A stretch of DNA of 64,000 nt from Octopus vulgaris (Eukaryota): NCBI GenBank assembly GCA_951406725.2, contig OX597817.1, forward strand, positions 98,952,001 to 99,016,000, written 5' to 3'. Below the pieces are notes generated by a model. It had not been told where the DNA came from. It searched no databases and saw nothing but the letters and a program-made list of their open reading frames with translations. Every line of letters begins with the position of its first letter. The stretch's first letter is position 1. The position numbers and the translations under genes are program-made. Shown piece after piece: positions 41,566 through 56,690 of this stretch.

Positions 41566-41599
41566 ATAAATATATATATAAATATATGTATATATAAAT

Positions 41600-41758
<159 letters not shown>

Positions 41759-41806
41759 AATATATATATATGAATATATATATATATAAATATATATATA
41801 TATAAT

Positions 41807-41926
<120 letters not shown>

Positions 41927-41934
41927 CTATATAT

Positions 41935-41995
<61 letters not shown>

Positions 41996-42009
41996 TAAAA
42001 TATATATAT

Positions 42010-42260
42010 ACTAATATGGCATTCTTATATATATATATACACAAACTGTATCCATATAATAGGTCATCCACACTACTTAGCTACAGACGCGTTTCGGAGT
42101 ATTGCCCCTTTTCAATGCAGCGTATATATCTCTGTTCGATGGTTTTATATCGGTGGAATACATCCACTTGTTTTCAATAATAGTAAATATTAAATATTGT
42201 CAAAAAACTACCTTGTTCCCAGTATAGTTTCGCTAATATGTTATAAAAATAGAAAAACAT
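42010..42260 (-). mobile_element. Degraded/collapsed retrozyme-like copy with intact hammerhead 2 (42080-42121)
   Basis: GCTACAGACGCGTTTCGGAGTATTGCCCCTTTTCAATGCAGC is the reverse complement of hammerhead 2. Confidence 0.7.
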
Positions 42261-42939
42261 TTCTATTGTGTCTGTAGCTCCTCCTCCCTCTCAACAAATT
42301 TCTTAATGAGGATGTCCTTATATCTCTGACCATGTGAAGGGTTATATATATATATATTTATAAATCGGAAGGTTTGGAGATGATGTACAGGTATTATATA
42401 TTAGAAAAAATGAGGTAATCAGATCAGATGGTTCATATTTGTAGATATTTATTTATATATTACATTTTTTACATATATATCATATCATTCGGATTAGCGC
42501 TTTCTCCCATTCTAGTTGTGGGGAGTTTGGAGAAGAAAAAATATTTTTTTGTGCGTTGATATTTATACCAACACATATATATATACACACACAGACTTAT
42601 ACATAAAATATTTGAAAAAACCTTTTTATCGGTTCAAAATGAACAACCAAATTATACCATCTTGAAAATTGTATATCATAGGAAAGTTAAAATTAAAGTG
42701 ACAATTAAAAGGTAAAGATGGAAGTGAATTATAAAGATAATAATATAATATGATGTATATAACAGGCAATACACACATCTACACACACACAGATTTACAC
42801 ACTTTACTCAACATACATTGAAGGACAAATTTACTCAACATACATTGAAGGACACACACACACGCACACACACATATACACACACACACACACATACACA
42901 TACACACACATCACCCACTATATATATACTGATTTGATT

Positions 42940-45078
<2,139 letters not shown>

Positions 45079-45849
45079 TACATATATATATGCGTGTATA
45101 TGTACATGTAGAGGTAGGTACGTACATATATGTTTATATATATGCATATGTTTTATTTCATTTATTAACATATATATATATATATACATATATATAACTA
45201 TTTGATGGCGCCGAACTAGCAAATCGTGTAATGTACCCATCCGAAAGTTAGTAGACCCTTCAAGAGATCGCTGTTATCAGAAGTGAATTTTGGCCGTGAA
45301 GCAAATATAATTGAAAGTACAAGACGCTGTATTTGAGAAGAATATATATAATTTTGCTTTTGATGTAGTATATGCAACTAAATGATACCACGCGAAGAAC
45401 CGAACACATGTGCTAAAGCCACGTGTTTGAAAACCTCTGAAAAGCTACGTCCTCATATCAAATTGCTAAAATATTAAATTCGCAAGCTGATCAAAACATA
45501 AAAACAAACCATAAAATATTGCATCTACGAACATCGGAACTCATTCTTTTCTTTTGTTTACAAAATGCAAGTAAAGAATACGGGAATATCGAAGGTCTCT
45601 CTTTTATATCTTTCTTTCTTCTAAAACAAAGTGAAGGTAAGTATTCTCTCAACCAGAAGGTAAGAAAAATACTATTTATTATTATTAATAATCGGCGATC
45701 TTACGGTTCTAAGATCGCCTAACAATCTATTGCATACTCTGTAACACCAATATATCCATAGATATAATCGCGATTACATTATACGCTATTTTTATTTTTA
45801 AACGCGCGCGTCTGTTTGTATATAAGTTCGTCCGTGATACAGTGTGTTT

Positions 45850-48800
45850 TCTTCTCTCAATCCTGACTATTTGTCTAACCTTTTCTGTGTAGTTTCCTTA
45901 CAGCCACATACTATCCCACTCTTGCTCTCTGTCTCACATCTACGCTCACTCCCCCTCTGCTCACTTCTACTCTCTTCCACCCGCTGATCTGCCTTACTCT
46001 TACTATCTCTTTCTTTATCTGTCTCTCCCTCCCTCAGACCCTCTATTATCTCTCGCTCTCTCTCTCTCCCTCTCCCTCTTTCTGCCATCATCTGCTGAAC
46101 TTCCACTCGCTTCCTCTTTCTGCATCTCTCCCCCCGCTTTCTCTTTCTGCATCCCCCCCCGCTTTCTCTCATATCAACTTTCTCGTATCTCACCCCCCTT
46201 TCTGTCCCTCTTCTTCACTCATTCTCTCTTGTATCTCTATCCCGCCATCTCTCTCTCCCTCTCTCTTTTTCTCTCTCTGCCTCTCTTCTCTCCGCTCCTT
46301 TTCAGGTCAAACCCCTTTCTCTCTTTTCCTCCTTCTGTTACCTCTATTTCACTCTCACTGTATCTCAAGCGGAGATGTCATGGAACTGGACTGCGAGGGA
46401 GTTGCAATTGTTATTCCGCGCCTGGAAGATTGCCGAAGGTGACTCCCCAAACAACATCATTGAAGTGGTGCTTAAGAGCAATGATTTATCCAGGACCACC
46501 GCCCAGATAGAGCGAAAGATACGCAAAAATCCTCCGTTCATACACTCTAATCAGATAACACATGGACACACTGGACATCATCCTAGGAGGTGACTGCACC
46601 AGGGAAGACCAAAAGGATGGAGAAAGCATCCAGGACCCAACAAAAGACACAACTGAGATACCTGCAACCAAGGGAAACAATGGTACATGTCCAGCTCCCA
46701 ACACAACTGAAAACGCAAAAAAAGGAAAGCACCCTAAGATCGACGGAAAACAAGAGGTAAAAGACAAGAAAACTAAAACAAACACTGTTCAGAAAAAACA
46801 GAAGAACCCCAGCAAGAGTTACAAGGGCAAAAGGTGAAGCATCTGCAAATTCTACCTGAAGGGAGACTGCTGGCATGGCGACGATGGTGCAAACTGTCGT
46901 TTTGCACATCAGAGGCCCTGCCAAAACCGCATGGACACAAGACAACCCCCCCCTCGGGGAGAACAAAAAGAAAAAGAAAAATATCAAAGAAGGAAAAATA
47001 GCGCACTGACTACTCCTGAAAAACAATATGCGGATGTAGTGCGTGGTCCAAAAAAGATACTGCATAGCCCAACAAATCGCTAGCTTCACCCAGATGTGAG
47101 AAGGGCAGCAGCTGAACAGCAATCTTTTTTGTGTATAGCACAAAAAATTGTCCAGCAGCTGACCTGGCTACAAACACAAAGCTGGAACTACCACCACATA
47201 AGGCCACCACCAACAGATGCAGGATAGCCACCACAGACACCAACACACACACCACAAAAATATTTCTATTGAACGTAGGAGGGCTGCTGCACTGCAACTG
47301 TAAAAGGAAAATCTCATTCCTGAGAGACCTTGCGGCATCTTGGACCTGATATAGGGGATGCAGAAATACACATACCGCAATATGTTGTCATACGCTCAGA
47401 CAGAAAAGGGAGGAGCCATGGCGGAGTTGCAATGTACATGCGAGATGACCTCACGCCCCGGGTCCTACTGTCATATTCAAACTCAGTGTGTGACACTCAA
47501 ATTGTACACATAACACAACTGAATATCGTCATATGTACTACATATCGCCCACCAGATGCCCCAAATCACTCAGGCATGTTTGAAGACTGCCTCGCAAAAA
47601 TAGAAGTTCTCACCAACCTGGAACAACACAACAGTGTATTCTTCATGGGTGACTTTAACTTCCCCAATGTGGAATGGCCGGGGGGGGCAGATGCTCCCAG
47701 GGATGACACACCATCAGCAGGCACAGGTGGAGTCCCTGCTCCATCTCACAAATGCCTCTTTCATGGAGCAAATAGTGCTGCAATCAACAAGGGCAGATAA
47801 TATACTGGATCTCAGCTTCACAAACGATATGGATATTATCCATAATGTTAAAGTGATGCCGACAAAGATTTCAGATCACAACATAATAGAGCTGTCTATG
47901 TATGGACCAAAAGCCCCTGCAGACACACAGCCTATACGAAGCATCCACAATCTCTCCAAATTAAACTTTCATAAAACAAATTGGAAGTTGATTGAGAAAG
48001 AGATCCTCAAACAGGATTGGCCTAAATATCTCTCCACACCAGACATTGACATGAAACACAAACGCTTCGTGTCCATAATACAAGCCATATGTGACAAATA
48101 TGTCCCTGTGTGCAGGGCCAGCACACACAAAAACAAAAACAGGATCCCTAGAGAAAGGAAGATTCTTATGAGACGATGGACAAGGATTGTGAACCGCCTG
48201 AGCAAGCACACCAAAAGTGGTGAGAAGTCTCGGCTCGAGAGAATCCTAATGGAAATTGAGAAAAGTCTGCATCAGTCTCATGAAAAGGAGAGACAAGATA
48301 AAGAAGCTTGGGTAATAGAAAATATAAAGTCAAACCCTAAAGCTTTCTTTAAGTTTGCCAAAGAGACAGTCACAGTGCACCAGAGAATAGAACCTCTCTT
48401 CCAAAAAGATGGCTCCCTCACAAGAAATCCCACGAGGATAAGTGAAATACTGAACAAACAGTTCCAAAGTGTGTTCACTACACCTCTAGGACACAGGCAA
48501 GTAAACAAACCAGAAGAATTCTTTGCCACTTTACCTGCGGCCAAAGAGGCAAAAATTGAGTACATCAACATTGAAGATGATGATATCACACTGGCCATAG
48601 ATGAGATTGACACAAACTCAGCTGCTGGACCTGATGGATTTCCAGCGATCCTTCTCAAATCGTGCAAACAAGCCCTTGCAAAACCGCTACAGCTTCTTAT
48701 TCAGAGCTTTCTTGCAAGTGGTAAGCTCCCAGTCAAATTGAAAGAGGGGGTAATATGCCCTATCCATAAGGGAGGTAACAGAGCAGATGCTAAAAATTAT

Positions 48801-50190
48801 AGGCCATCTCTCTGACCTCACACATCAGCAAAGTCATGGAATGAATAGTCCGCAAGAAACTAATCATGTTCCTTGAAGAAAATGACTTGCTGACTGACAC
48901 CCAGCATGGATTTCAACCAGGTTGAAGCTGCCTAACACAGCTCCTGCAACACTATGACTGGGTGTTAAAACAGCTACTAAATGGCTCAAATGTGGATGTG
49001 ATATATCTCGACTTTGCAAAAGCCTTTGATGAAGTCGACCATGGTATGATTTTGTCACAAACTGCGTGGTCTCAGCATAGGTGGAAAACTTGGAGAATGG
49101 CTGCACAACTTCCCAGAAGATAGAAGGCAGGCAGTTGTGGCCAATGGAGCCACCTCCAAGGAAATACAAATAAAGAGCGGTGTTCCACAGGGCACTGTAT
49201 TGGGGCCACTGCTGTTCATAGTGGCCCTTTAAGACATGCCCCCAGTTGCTAAGATGGCCACCCTTGCTAGCTATACAGATGACACAAAAGTCTCCCACAC
49301 AATACTAAACCCTGGAAATATTGCTCATCTGCAACAGGAGTTGGATACAATATACAGGTGGGCTGAGGACAACATGCAGTTTAATGCAGTTAAGTTCCAG
49401 GCCCTGCGCTACCGGCACACAAAGGTAAACGACATGTAGACTGGATACACTGGCCCGGGAAGAATTGTAATCCCTGAGTCAAAATCAATGCATGACCTGG
49501 GCATTGACATGAGCAATGATGCATCTTTCCAAGTGCATATTACTAATTTGGTGATAAAATGTAGGCGGCTAGCTGGATGGATTCTCCGAACTTTCAGAAC
49601 AAGAGAGAAGGAGACACTGATGGTCCTGTGGAAAACTTTCGTCCTCAGCCACTTGGACTACTGCTCCCAACTATGGTCACCACACAATATAAAGCTAACA
49701 GCAGAACTCGAAGCAATTCAAAGAAGCTACACTAAGAAGATCGTCTCAATGCAACATATCAGCTACTGGGAAAGACTGAAAGTATTAAAACTCTTCTCCC
49801 TAGAGCGAAGGCAGGAGAGACATGCAGTGATATACATCTGGAAAATCCTGGAGGGTCTTGTCCCAAACTATGGCATTCAAAGTAACCCCAACCGCAGAAC
49901 GGGGTGCCACTGCATGGTGCCAAAGATTCCAACATCACCATCAAAATACAGGACCAGATGCTGCAACAGCTTGGATTTCAGAGGACCACAGCTCTTCAAC
50001 ATCCTCCCTTAATTGCCTGAGAGACTTGCATGATGTGGATGTGGGTTTCTTTAAAACTAAACTGGATCTCTTCTTGTCAGGGGTCCCAGATGAACCTAAC
50101 TCTCGGCAGAAGACACAGATGCAGGCAGCGGCATCGAACTCCCTTGTTGACCAAGTGCCACGTATCAGAGGTGGATTCACATATTAGTGT
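45850..50190 (+). mobile_element. Near full-length CR1-clade LINE, inactivated
   Basis: CT-rich 5' UTR; ORF1 remnant with CCCH finger (CKFYLKGDCWHGDDGANCRFAH, ~46845); APE (DRKGRSHGGVAMY, YRPP, MGDFNFP, ISDHN); RT (AAGPDG, KNYRP, DFAKAFD, GVPQG, YTDDTK); C-term DYCSQLWSP. Confidence 0.92.
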
Positions 50191-50229
50191 AGCTCATTCA
50201 ACGGTGGTGAACATATTTATACATATATT

Positions 50230-50610
50230 TATATATGCCTGTCTGTGTGAATCCCTAAAACTTGAGAACTACACAACCAATTTCATTCAAATTTGTATAT
50301 ATACATATTTAACTTCTTGCCTAGGGTGAGCTCACAGCAATATCATATCTTCTCCACTATTTCAGTATTACGTGTCAAAAGTGAAAGAAATACATCTTTC
50401 TATTGTAATGTCAAATACTTTCACTTTGATACTGAAACTATTAATTAAAGTGAAACTATTATATAGCAGGGATGAACTGTAACTGGACATCCATTCTGCT
50501 AGAAGAAGATCCGCTATGGTCTTATATGCTACACCACTGGTTTTAAATTCATAGTAATCAAATTTATATTCAATTTTTCACCTTTATTATTATAAATTTA
50601 CATTTACATG

Positions 50611-50659
<49 letters not shown>

Positions 50660-50872
50660 ATATATATATATATACATGTATACATATAGATGTATATATA
50701 TATATATATAGATATATATGGATATATATATGTATATATATGGATGTATATATATATATATAGATGTATATGTATACATGTATATGTATAGCTGTATATG
50801 TATATATGTATATATATAGATATGTTTCTATAGCTATAGACGTATATGTATACATGTAACTGTAGATGTGTA

Positions 50873-50910
<38 letters not shown>

Positions 50911-51330
50911 GATGTACATGTAATATGTACACATATATATACACACATATACATGCATACATATATACAACCATACACACATACACACAGAAACTGAAAG
51001 AAATCAATTGTATATATATGTATGTGTATATGTAAGTCTATGTGTGTGTGTGTATACATACATACCTATATATATATATATATATATATATGGATTTCGT
51101 AGACAGGAACTGAAACAAATCAATTGTATATATATATGTATGTATATATGTAAGTGTATGTGTGTGTCTTTGTCTCTGTGTTTCGCCCTCATCACTGCTT
51201 CACAACTGCTGTTCATTTATTTACATCCTCATAAATTACTTGTTTCACAAGCACAAACTAATTGAATAAGTACCAGGCTTATCAACATAAAAAAGCACTA
51301 GGCTCATATCTTTGTTTGCCCAATGAATTT
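50230..51330 (+). repeat. Inverted, more diverged paralog of the Helitron/microsatellite/SINE block at 12.4-16.4 kb
   Basis: 50310-50430 is the reverse complement of ~14620-14735; 51100-51330 of 12390-12450 and 12560-12790; the microsatellite interruptions match. Confidence 0.65.
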
Positions 51331-51369
51331 ATCTTTGTATGTGTGTGTGTGTGTGTATATCTATATCTA

Positions 51370-51474
<105 letters not shown>

Positions 51475-52569
51475 CACCCTAATGGGAGCCTTAACTCCCA
51501 AATTTTAGTCATTTCTTTTATGATCCAAAACTAGGTCAAAAGTACTGAAATTATGGAAATTGTATTCTATGCATAAGGGCTATAACTCATGACAATTCAT
51601 ATATTTTTGCTGTTGAGGAAATTTTAATCTCAAATGAAGTAATATTTATAGAATTTCATCTTCTTACAAGTTAGAAAGACCAATCCATGGGGACTTAACA
51701 CCTACAATTTAGTCATTTTATGTAAGCAAAGACGAATACAGTTGTACTCTTGGAAGCTGTAAGGTTACCCAAGCATAGAAGATGAGCATTATTTGTAATT
51801 CAATGGTACAACAGTGTAACAGTGTGCTTTGACATACACTTACATTGTGATTTCTGCAATGTGGTGCATAAATTGTCAAGTAAATGAAAGGCATCTTTGC
51901 TTCCACTGATTCAGTTGCAAAGTGTTGAGTAAAGTTATTTGATTGCAGACCTCCTTTCAGTCTTTTTATTATCACTGGGTCACACATAGTCCCCAGATGG
52001 TAACATTGATTTCAAGGCCTTCCCAGATGAGTGACTGGTTATTCAAAGACATTTATAGATTGTAAATTTATTCTGTCCAGTTACGTATCAGTATAGTGGT
52101 CATTTGTAAACTCCAGAGGTGACACTTTAATTTCTCCTTAGCCCTCACGTCACACAGTTGCTAATGTTGATTTCAGTTGGGTCACGCCCTTCCAATTGCT
52201 GTAAATTTGTAATGCATCTTATGGCTGTGCCTGTCACCTGGATGGTGAGGAATCCTACATTGGGAGTGGTGACGACAGGGGTAGGGTAACTGACTGCTTA
52301 TTGTGACCATTCATCTTTTGGTTTCCTGTAGCTTTGCTCTCTTTTACAAACCCAGTGAACATATATTTCCTATTTCAAAGAAATTCAAACAATAGATATA
52401 AGACCCAAGTTAAAAAGATTCTCAACAATTCAAATTCTGTAGTTGACATTAAGATGCCCACCCCCAACAGGGGCCTTAACTCTCACATTTTAGAGCTCCA
52501 TGACCTTCATTTTTCAGGAGCAAAATCTTTTTAACAGGTTCAATAAGACTGGAATTTTGGAATATGCGC

Positions 52570-52762
52570 ATAAAAATCAGTAGTATAGGATACATGTGGC
52601 ACGATTACAATTTTTTAAGGGTGTGTAAAGAGAGAAATAACCGCCATCTGTAATTTTGATGAAATTTGAAACATAGATATTCCAGTTCATTACATAAAAT
52701 CTAACAGAAAAGTCTAATTCTTCAATTGCATGTAACACGTGCACGCCGGGTATCTCTGCTAG
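52570..52762 (+). mobile_element. Helitron-like 3' end
   Basis: GCACGCCGGGTATCTCTG-CTAG|T terminus; 5' boundary uncertain. Confidence 0.45.
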
Positions 52763-52816
52763 TATATATATATAAATATACAATTATATATATATATATA
52801 AATATATATATAAATA

Positions 52817-53005
52817 TGGCACGTAAAAAGCACCCAATCCACTCACGGAGTGGTTGGCGTTAGGAAGGGCATCCAGCCGTAGAAACTCTGCCAGATTCAG
52901 ACTGGAGCCTGGAGCGGCCCCTGGCTTCCCAGACCCGGTCGAACCGTCCAACCCGTGCTAGCGCGGAAAGCGGACGTTAAACGATGATGATGATGATGAT
53001 GATGA
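52817..53005 (+). mobile_element. RTE 3' tail / RTE-related SINE
   Basis: Matches 19722-19905; ends in (ATG)n. Confidence 0.85.
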
Positions 53006-53077
53006 TATATATATATATATATATATATATGATATATATATAAATATTGATATATATATGTATATATATTTTATTCT

Positions 53078-53486
53078 GTTTTTCTTTTTACTTGTTTCCA
53101 TCATTTGACTGTGGTAATGCTGGAGCACTGGTTTTATTGTCAAGCAAATCAACCCCAGAGCTTATTCTTTGTAAGGCCAGTGCTTATTCTTTGTAAGGCC
53201 AGTGCTTATTCTATAGGTTTCTTTTGCTGAACTGCTAAGTTATGGTGGCATAAACACACCAGCATCAGTTGTCAAGCAGACACACAAACATTTACACACA
53301 CACACACAAACATATACATATACAACATATGACGGGCTTCTTCCAGTTTCCATGTACCAAATCCACTCACAAGTCTTTGGTCGGCCCGAGGCTATAGTAG
53401 AAGACACTTATCCAAGGTGCCAAGCAGTGGGACTGAATCAGGGATTGTGGTTGGTAAGCAAGCTACTCACCACACAGCCACTCCTG
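53078..53486 (-). mobile_element. tRNA-derived SINE
   Basis: Same family as 27918-28293; 22-bp internal tandem duplication at 53160-53210. Confidence 0.85.
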
Positions 53487-53488
53487 TT

Positions 53489-53524
<36 letters not shown>

Positions 53525-53525
<1 letters not shown>

Positions 53526-54235
53526 GGAAGATAGTTTTTGTATGTGGCAGATGCTCAGGAGCAATAAACACTGAAAATACTCTGAGACCAACTTCTGCCA
53601 CATTCCAGGGAGAAAAACTAGAAATAGTTGATGGCTTCCGTTACCTAGGTGACCAAGTCAGTAGGGGGGGGTACTGAAAGTGTAACTGCTAGAGTAAGAA
53701 TAGCTTGAGGAAAGTTCAGAGAGCTCTTACCTCTGCTGGTGACAAAAGGCCTCTCGCTCAGAGTAAAAGGCAGACTGTATGACGCGTGTGTACGAACAGC
53801 CATGCTACATGGCAGTGAAACATGGGCCGTGCTGAGGATATGCGTAAGCTCACAAGAAATGAAGCCAGATGGATGTGTAATGTCAGTGTTCATAATCGAC
53901 AGAGTGTAAGTACCTTGAGAGAAAAGCTGGACCTAAGAAACATCAGTTGTGGTGTGCAAGAGAGACGTTTGCGCTGGTATGGTCATGTGGCGAGAATGGA
54001 TGAAGATAGTTGTGTGAAAAAGTGCCACACCCTAGCAGTTGAGGGAACCTGTGGAAGAGGCAGACCCAGGAAAACCTGGGACGAGGTGGTGAAGCACGAC
54101 CTTCGAACTTTAGGTCTCACCGAGGAAATGACTAGAGACCGAGACCTATGGAAGTATGCTGTGTGTGAGAAGACCCAGCAGGACAAGTGAGACCATAACC
54201 CGTGGCCTCTACATGGAATGTAGCCAGTCCACTTA
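53525..54235 (+). mobile_element. RTE-clade LINE 3' fragment
   Basis: Closely matches 18763-19480. Confidence 0.9.
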
Positions 54236-54284
54236 CTCTTCCATGGGTATGAGTAAGTATTTCATTTATTTCTTTTGCCACATG

Positions 54285-54342
54285 TATCACTGACGAAGGG
54301 AGGGCTGTTATAAGCTAACCCTGAAATCGCTCCGATATGGTA
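54285..54342 (+). ncRNA. Type I hammerhead ribozyme (predicted) in a pLTR-like fragment (~54236-54590)
   Basis: TATCA CTGACGA AGGG...CCCT GAAA TCG ctc CGA TA^ TGGTA; AUA triplet; predicted cleavage after 54337. Confidence 0.75.
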
Positions 54343-54587
54343 ATAATGGAATGTTTTAGAAATTTCTGTCGACCTTTTTTCGAGTAGCGTGCATATTGTG
54401 AAAAAATTATATGGTTAATGGAGAATATGTCCAATTTTTCGGCATATCTGGCATTAGAAATTTTTGCGTTTGCCCTTAATTATGAATTGTTTATAGATTT
54501 AACCTTTAAAGGTATTTTTTGATATGCTGGCCATTGATAAAATCTTTTTGGAAAAGAATATTTTTTTCGAAAAAAATTTTATCCTTC

Positions 54588-54660
<73 letters not shown>

Positions 54661-54662
54661 TT

Positions 54663-54950
54663 AGGTGCAGGAGTGGCTGTGTGGTAAGTAGCTTGCTGGT
54701 GTGTTTACATTCCCATCACTTAGCGCTTCAGCAAGAGAACCTAATAAAATAAGTACTAGTCTTACAAAGAATAGGTCCTGGGGTCGATTTGCTCGACTAA
54801 AGGCTACTGGTACAAATTGAAAGAGCTTGGATTTCAAGGGCTCACAGATGTTTAACTGTCTGCCAAAGCATCTGAGGAGCCTCCATGCTGTGAATGTAGA
54901 CGTCTTCACACATGAACTTGACCTCTGGTTCACCAAGATTCCAGATTCAA
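54663..54950 (+). mobile_element. Deleted SINE (54663-54805) followed by a CR1 3' fragment
   Basis: SINE head GGAGTGGCTGTGTGGTAAGTAGCTTGCT; then DFKGSQMFNCLPKHLRSL...LDLWFTKIPD. Confidence 0.65.
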
Positions 54951-55081
54951 AAGTAACATTGAGCAGTAACATCGAACTCCATCCTTCACCAAAAGCTGCT
55001 CTGACAAAGGTGGAGTGTGGAAAGATGACCACATTCATTGGACTGAAACATATAAAGGAATAAAAGAATAAATATATATAC

Positions 55082-55144
<63 letters not shown>

Positions 55145-55177
55145 CATATAAATATATATATATCTATATATTTTATA

Positions 55178-55811
55178 TGTAGAAAAATACAAACTGGGAC
55201 AAGAACGTAAAACATTTAGAAGACAATACAAAAAACACGGACGGGACATTCGAAGCCTTCAATCTTCAGTCAAGAACCGGATCATCCTAGCAATTTCGGC
55301 TGATTAATCTTGAGATCGCTCCGATCCGGCCAGCCCCAAGGAAAAACTAAGCTACGAGTATTAGATTTCTTGGAAGAAGGATCGAATGTATACGAAACAG
55401 GGACAGAAAAACGGACGATGCCACACGAATATAAAATACAAAAAACAATAATGGTAAAAACAGGACAAAAAACAGCGGGTGTCTTACGACTAATAAACAG
55501 TACAAGTTTAGCTGGCGTATTTGGAGAAAATGCCTTTATCGGCAGACGAAGACAACAGATGTTCTCACGGCAGTAGTCGGAGGCCAAAAGGCTGATTTTG
55601 ACCAGCGAAGGGGGCAAAGGAAACAAAGAGAGAGAGAAAGAGGGACGAAGGCAACAAGGGGGGGGGAGAAAGAAGGAATTAAAGAGGAGAGAAGAAAGAG
55701 TGCGTGCCAAGGAGGGCTAGTGAGTGCAAAGTGAGAAAGACAGAGAATTGTGAGAGAGTGGGGGGGAGAGTAGACCAAAGAATCCATGGCAAGAAAAGAG
55801 AAAAGGAGGAG

Positions 55812-55842
<31 letters not shown>

Positions 55843-55889
55843 AGGAGACAGATCAAAGTAGAGTGCAAAGTGTGAAAGGCAGAGAAATG

Positions 55890-55927
<38 letters not shown>

Positions 55928-56033
55928 GGACAGATCAAAGTAGAGTGCAAAGTGTGAAAGGCAGAGAAATGTAGGAGAGAGAAACAGTGTGTAGAGTCGT
56001 ACCAAATTTACAGGAATATGTACTTACATAAGG

Positions 56034-56035
<2 letters not shown>
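55178..56035 (-). mobile_element. Non-coding pLTR-like repeat (family C) with rearranged hammerhead
   Basis: Flanked by (TA)n; same layout as 9455-10090; GA-rich tandem duplication 55815-55980. Confidence 0.5.
55255..55329 (-). ncRNA. Non-circularly permuted hammerhead candidate C
   Basis: Minus strand: CCGGATC gg AGCGA TC^ TCAAGA ttaatcagcc GAAA TTGCT aggat GATCCGG t TCTTGA CTGAAGA ttgaaggc. Confidence 0.65.
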
Positions 56036-56107
<72 letters not shown>

Positions 56108-56131
56108 TATATACGTGCATAAATGTACATA

Positions 56132-56173
<42 letters not shown>

Positions 56174-56189
56174 CACATGCATATATGTG

Positions 56190-56465
56190 TAGAGGACGTC
56201 AAAAAACGTGAACAACATGAAAAACGAGAACATGAAATACAAAATCATGGAAAACGAACTATTTTGCAAACGAAAGAAACAAATAGAACAGTGATGAAGG
56301 CAACATAAAGAACAATCCCTTCATCAGTTGTCCACTGTTTTATCTACTCCGCATTTCGAACGTTAAGACAAGATGCGTCTTCGTCAAAACAGTCGTTCCC
56401 GCAAAGCAAATTAAATAAAATTTGGGATTTGCGGAGGGTAACAAAAACAGGACAGTTGGTGAACG
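56190..56465 (-). mobile_element. Inverted pLTR-like repeat (family B) abutting a PLE endonuclease fragment
   Basis: Similar to 9455-9700; directly followed by plus-strand GIY-YIG coding sequence. Confidence 0.6.
56314..56393 (-). ncRNA. Non-circularly permuted hammerhead candidate B
   Basis: Minus strand: ACTGTTTTG acgaaga CGCA TC^ TTGTCT taacgttc GAAA TGCG gagtaga TAAAACAGT GGACAA CTGATGA agggatt. Confidence 0.65.
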
Positions 56466-56466
56466 C

Positions 56467-56690
56467 TGGAAAAACATATGACATCAGGACAGTATTCAAG
56501 AGCAATACAACACTTCGCAAATATCTCCTTCAAGTAAAACCACCACTAGAAGAGAATATGACCAAAGACTACATATACTCCATCCCATGCAGCTGTGTTA
56601 GGTTATACAAAGGCGAAATATGCCTCAAAATAAGTATAGACGAACATCGCAAAACTGTGACACGAGGAGATAGTGATAAATCGGGTATAG
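56467..56690 (+). pseudogene. Penelope-like GIY-YIG endonuclease fragment
   Basis: YDIRTVFKSNTTLRKYL...IYSIPCSCVRLYKGE...IDEHRK...DKSGI. Confidence 0.75.

Noticed and set aside
51480-52540. Possible host exon or ORF (51718-51987) in non-repetitive-looking DNA
   Set aside because: No recognisable protein similarity or convincing splice pair; recurring GCCTTAACTC...ATTTTAG motifs suggest an old repeat.
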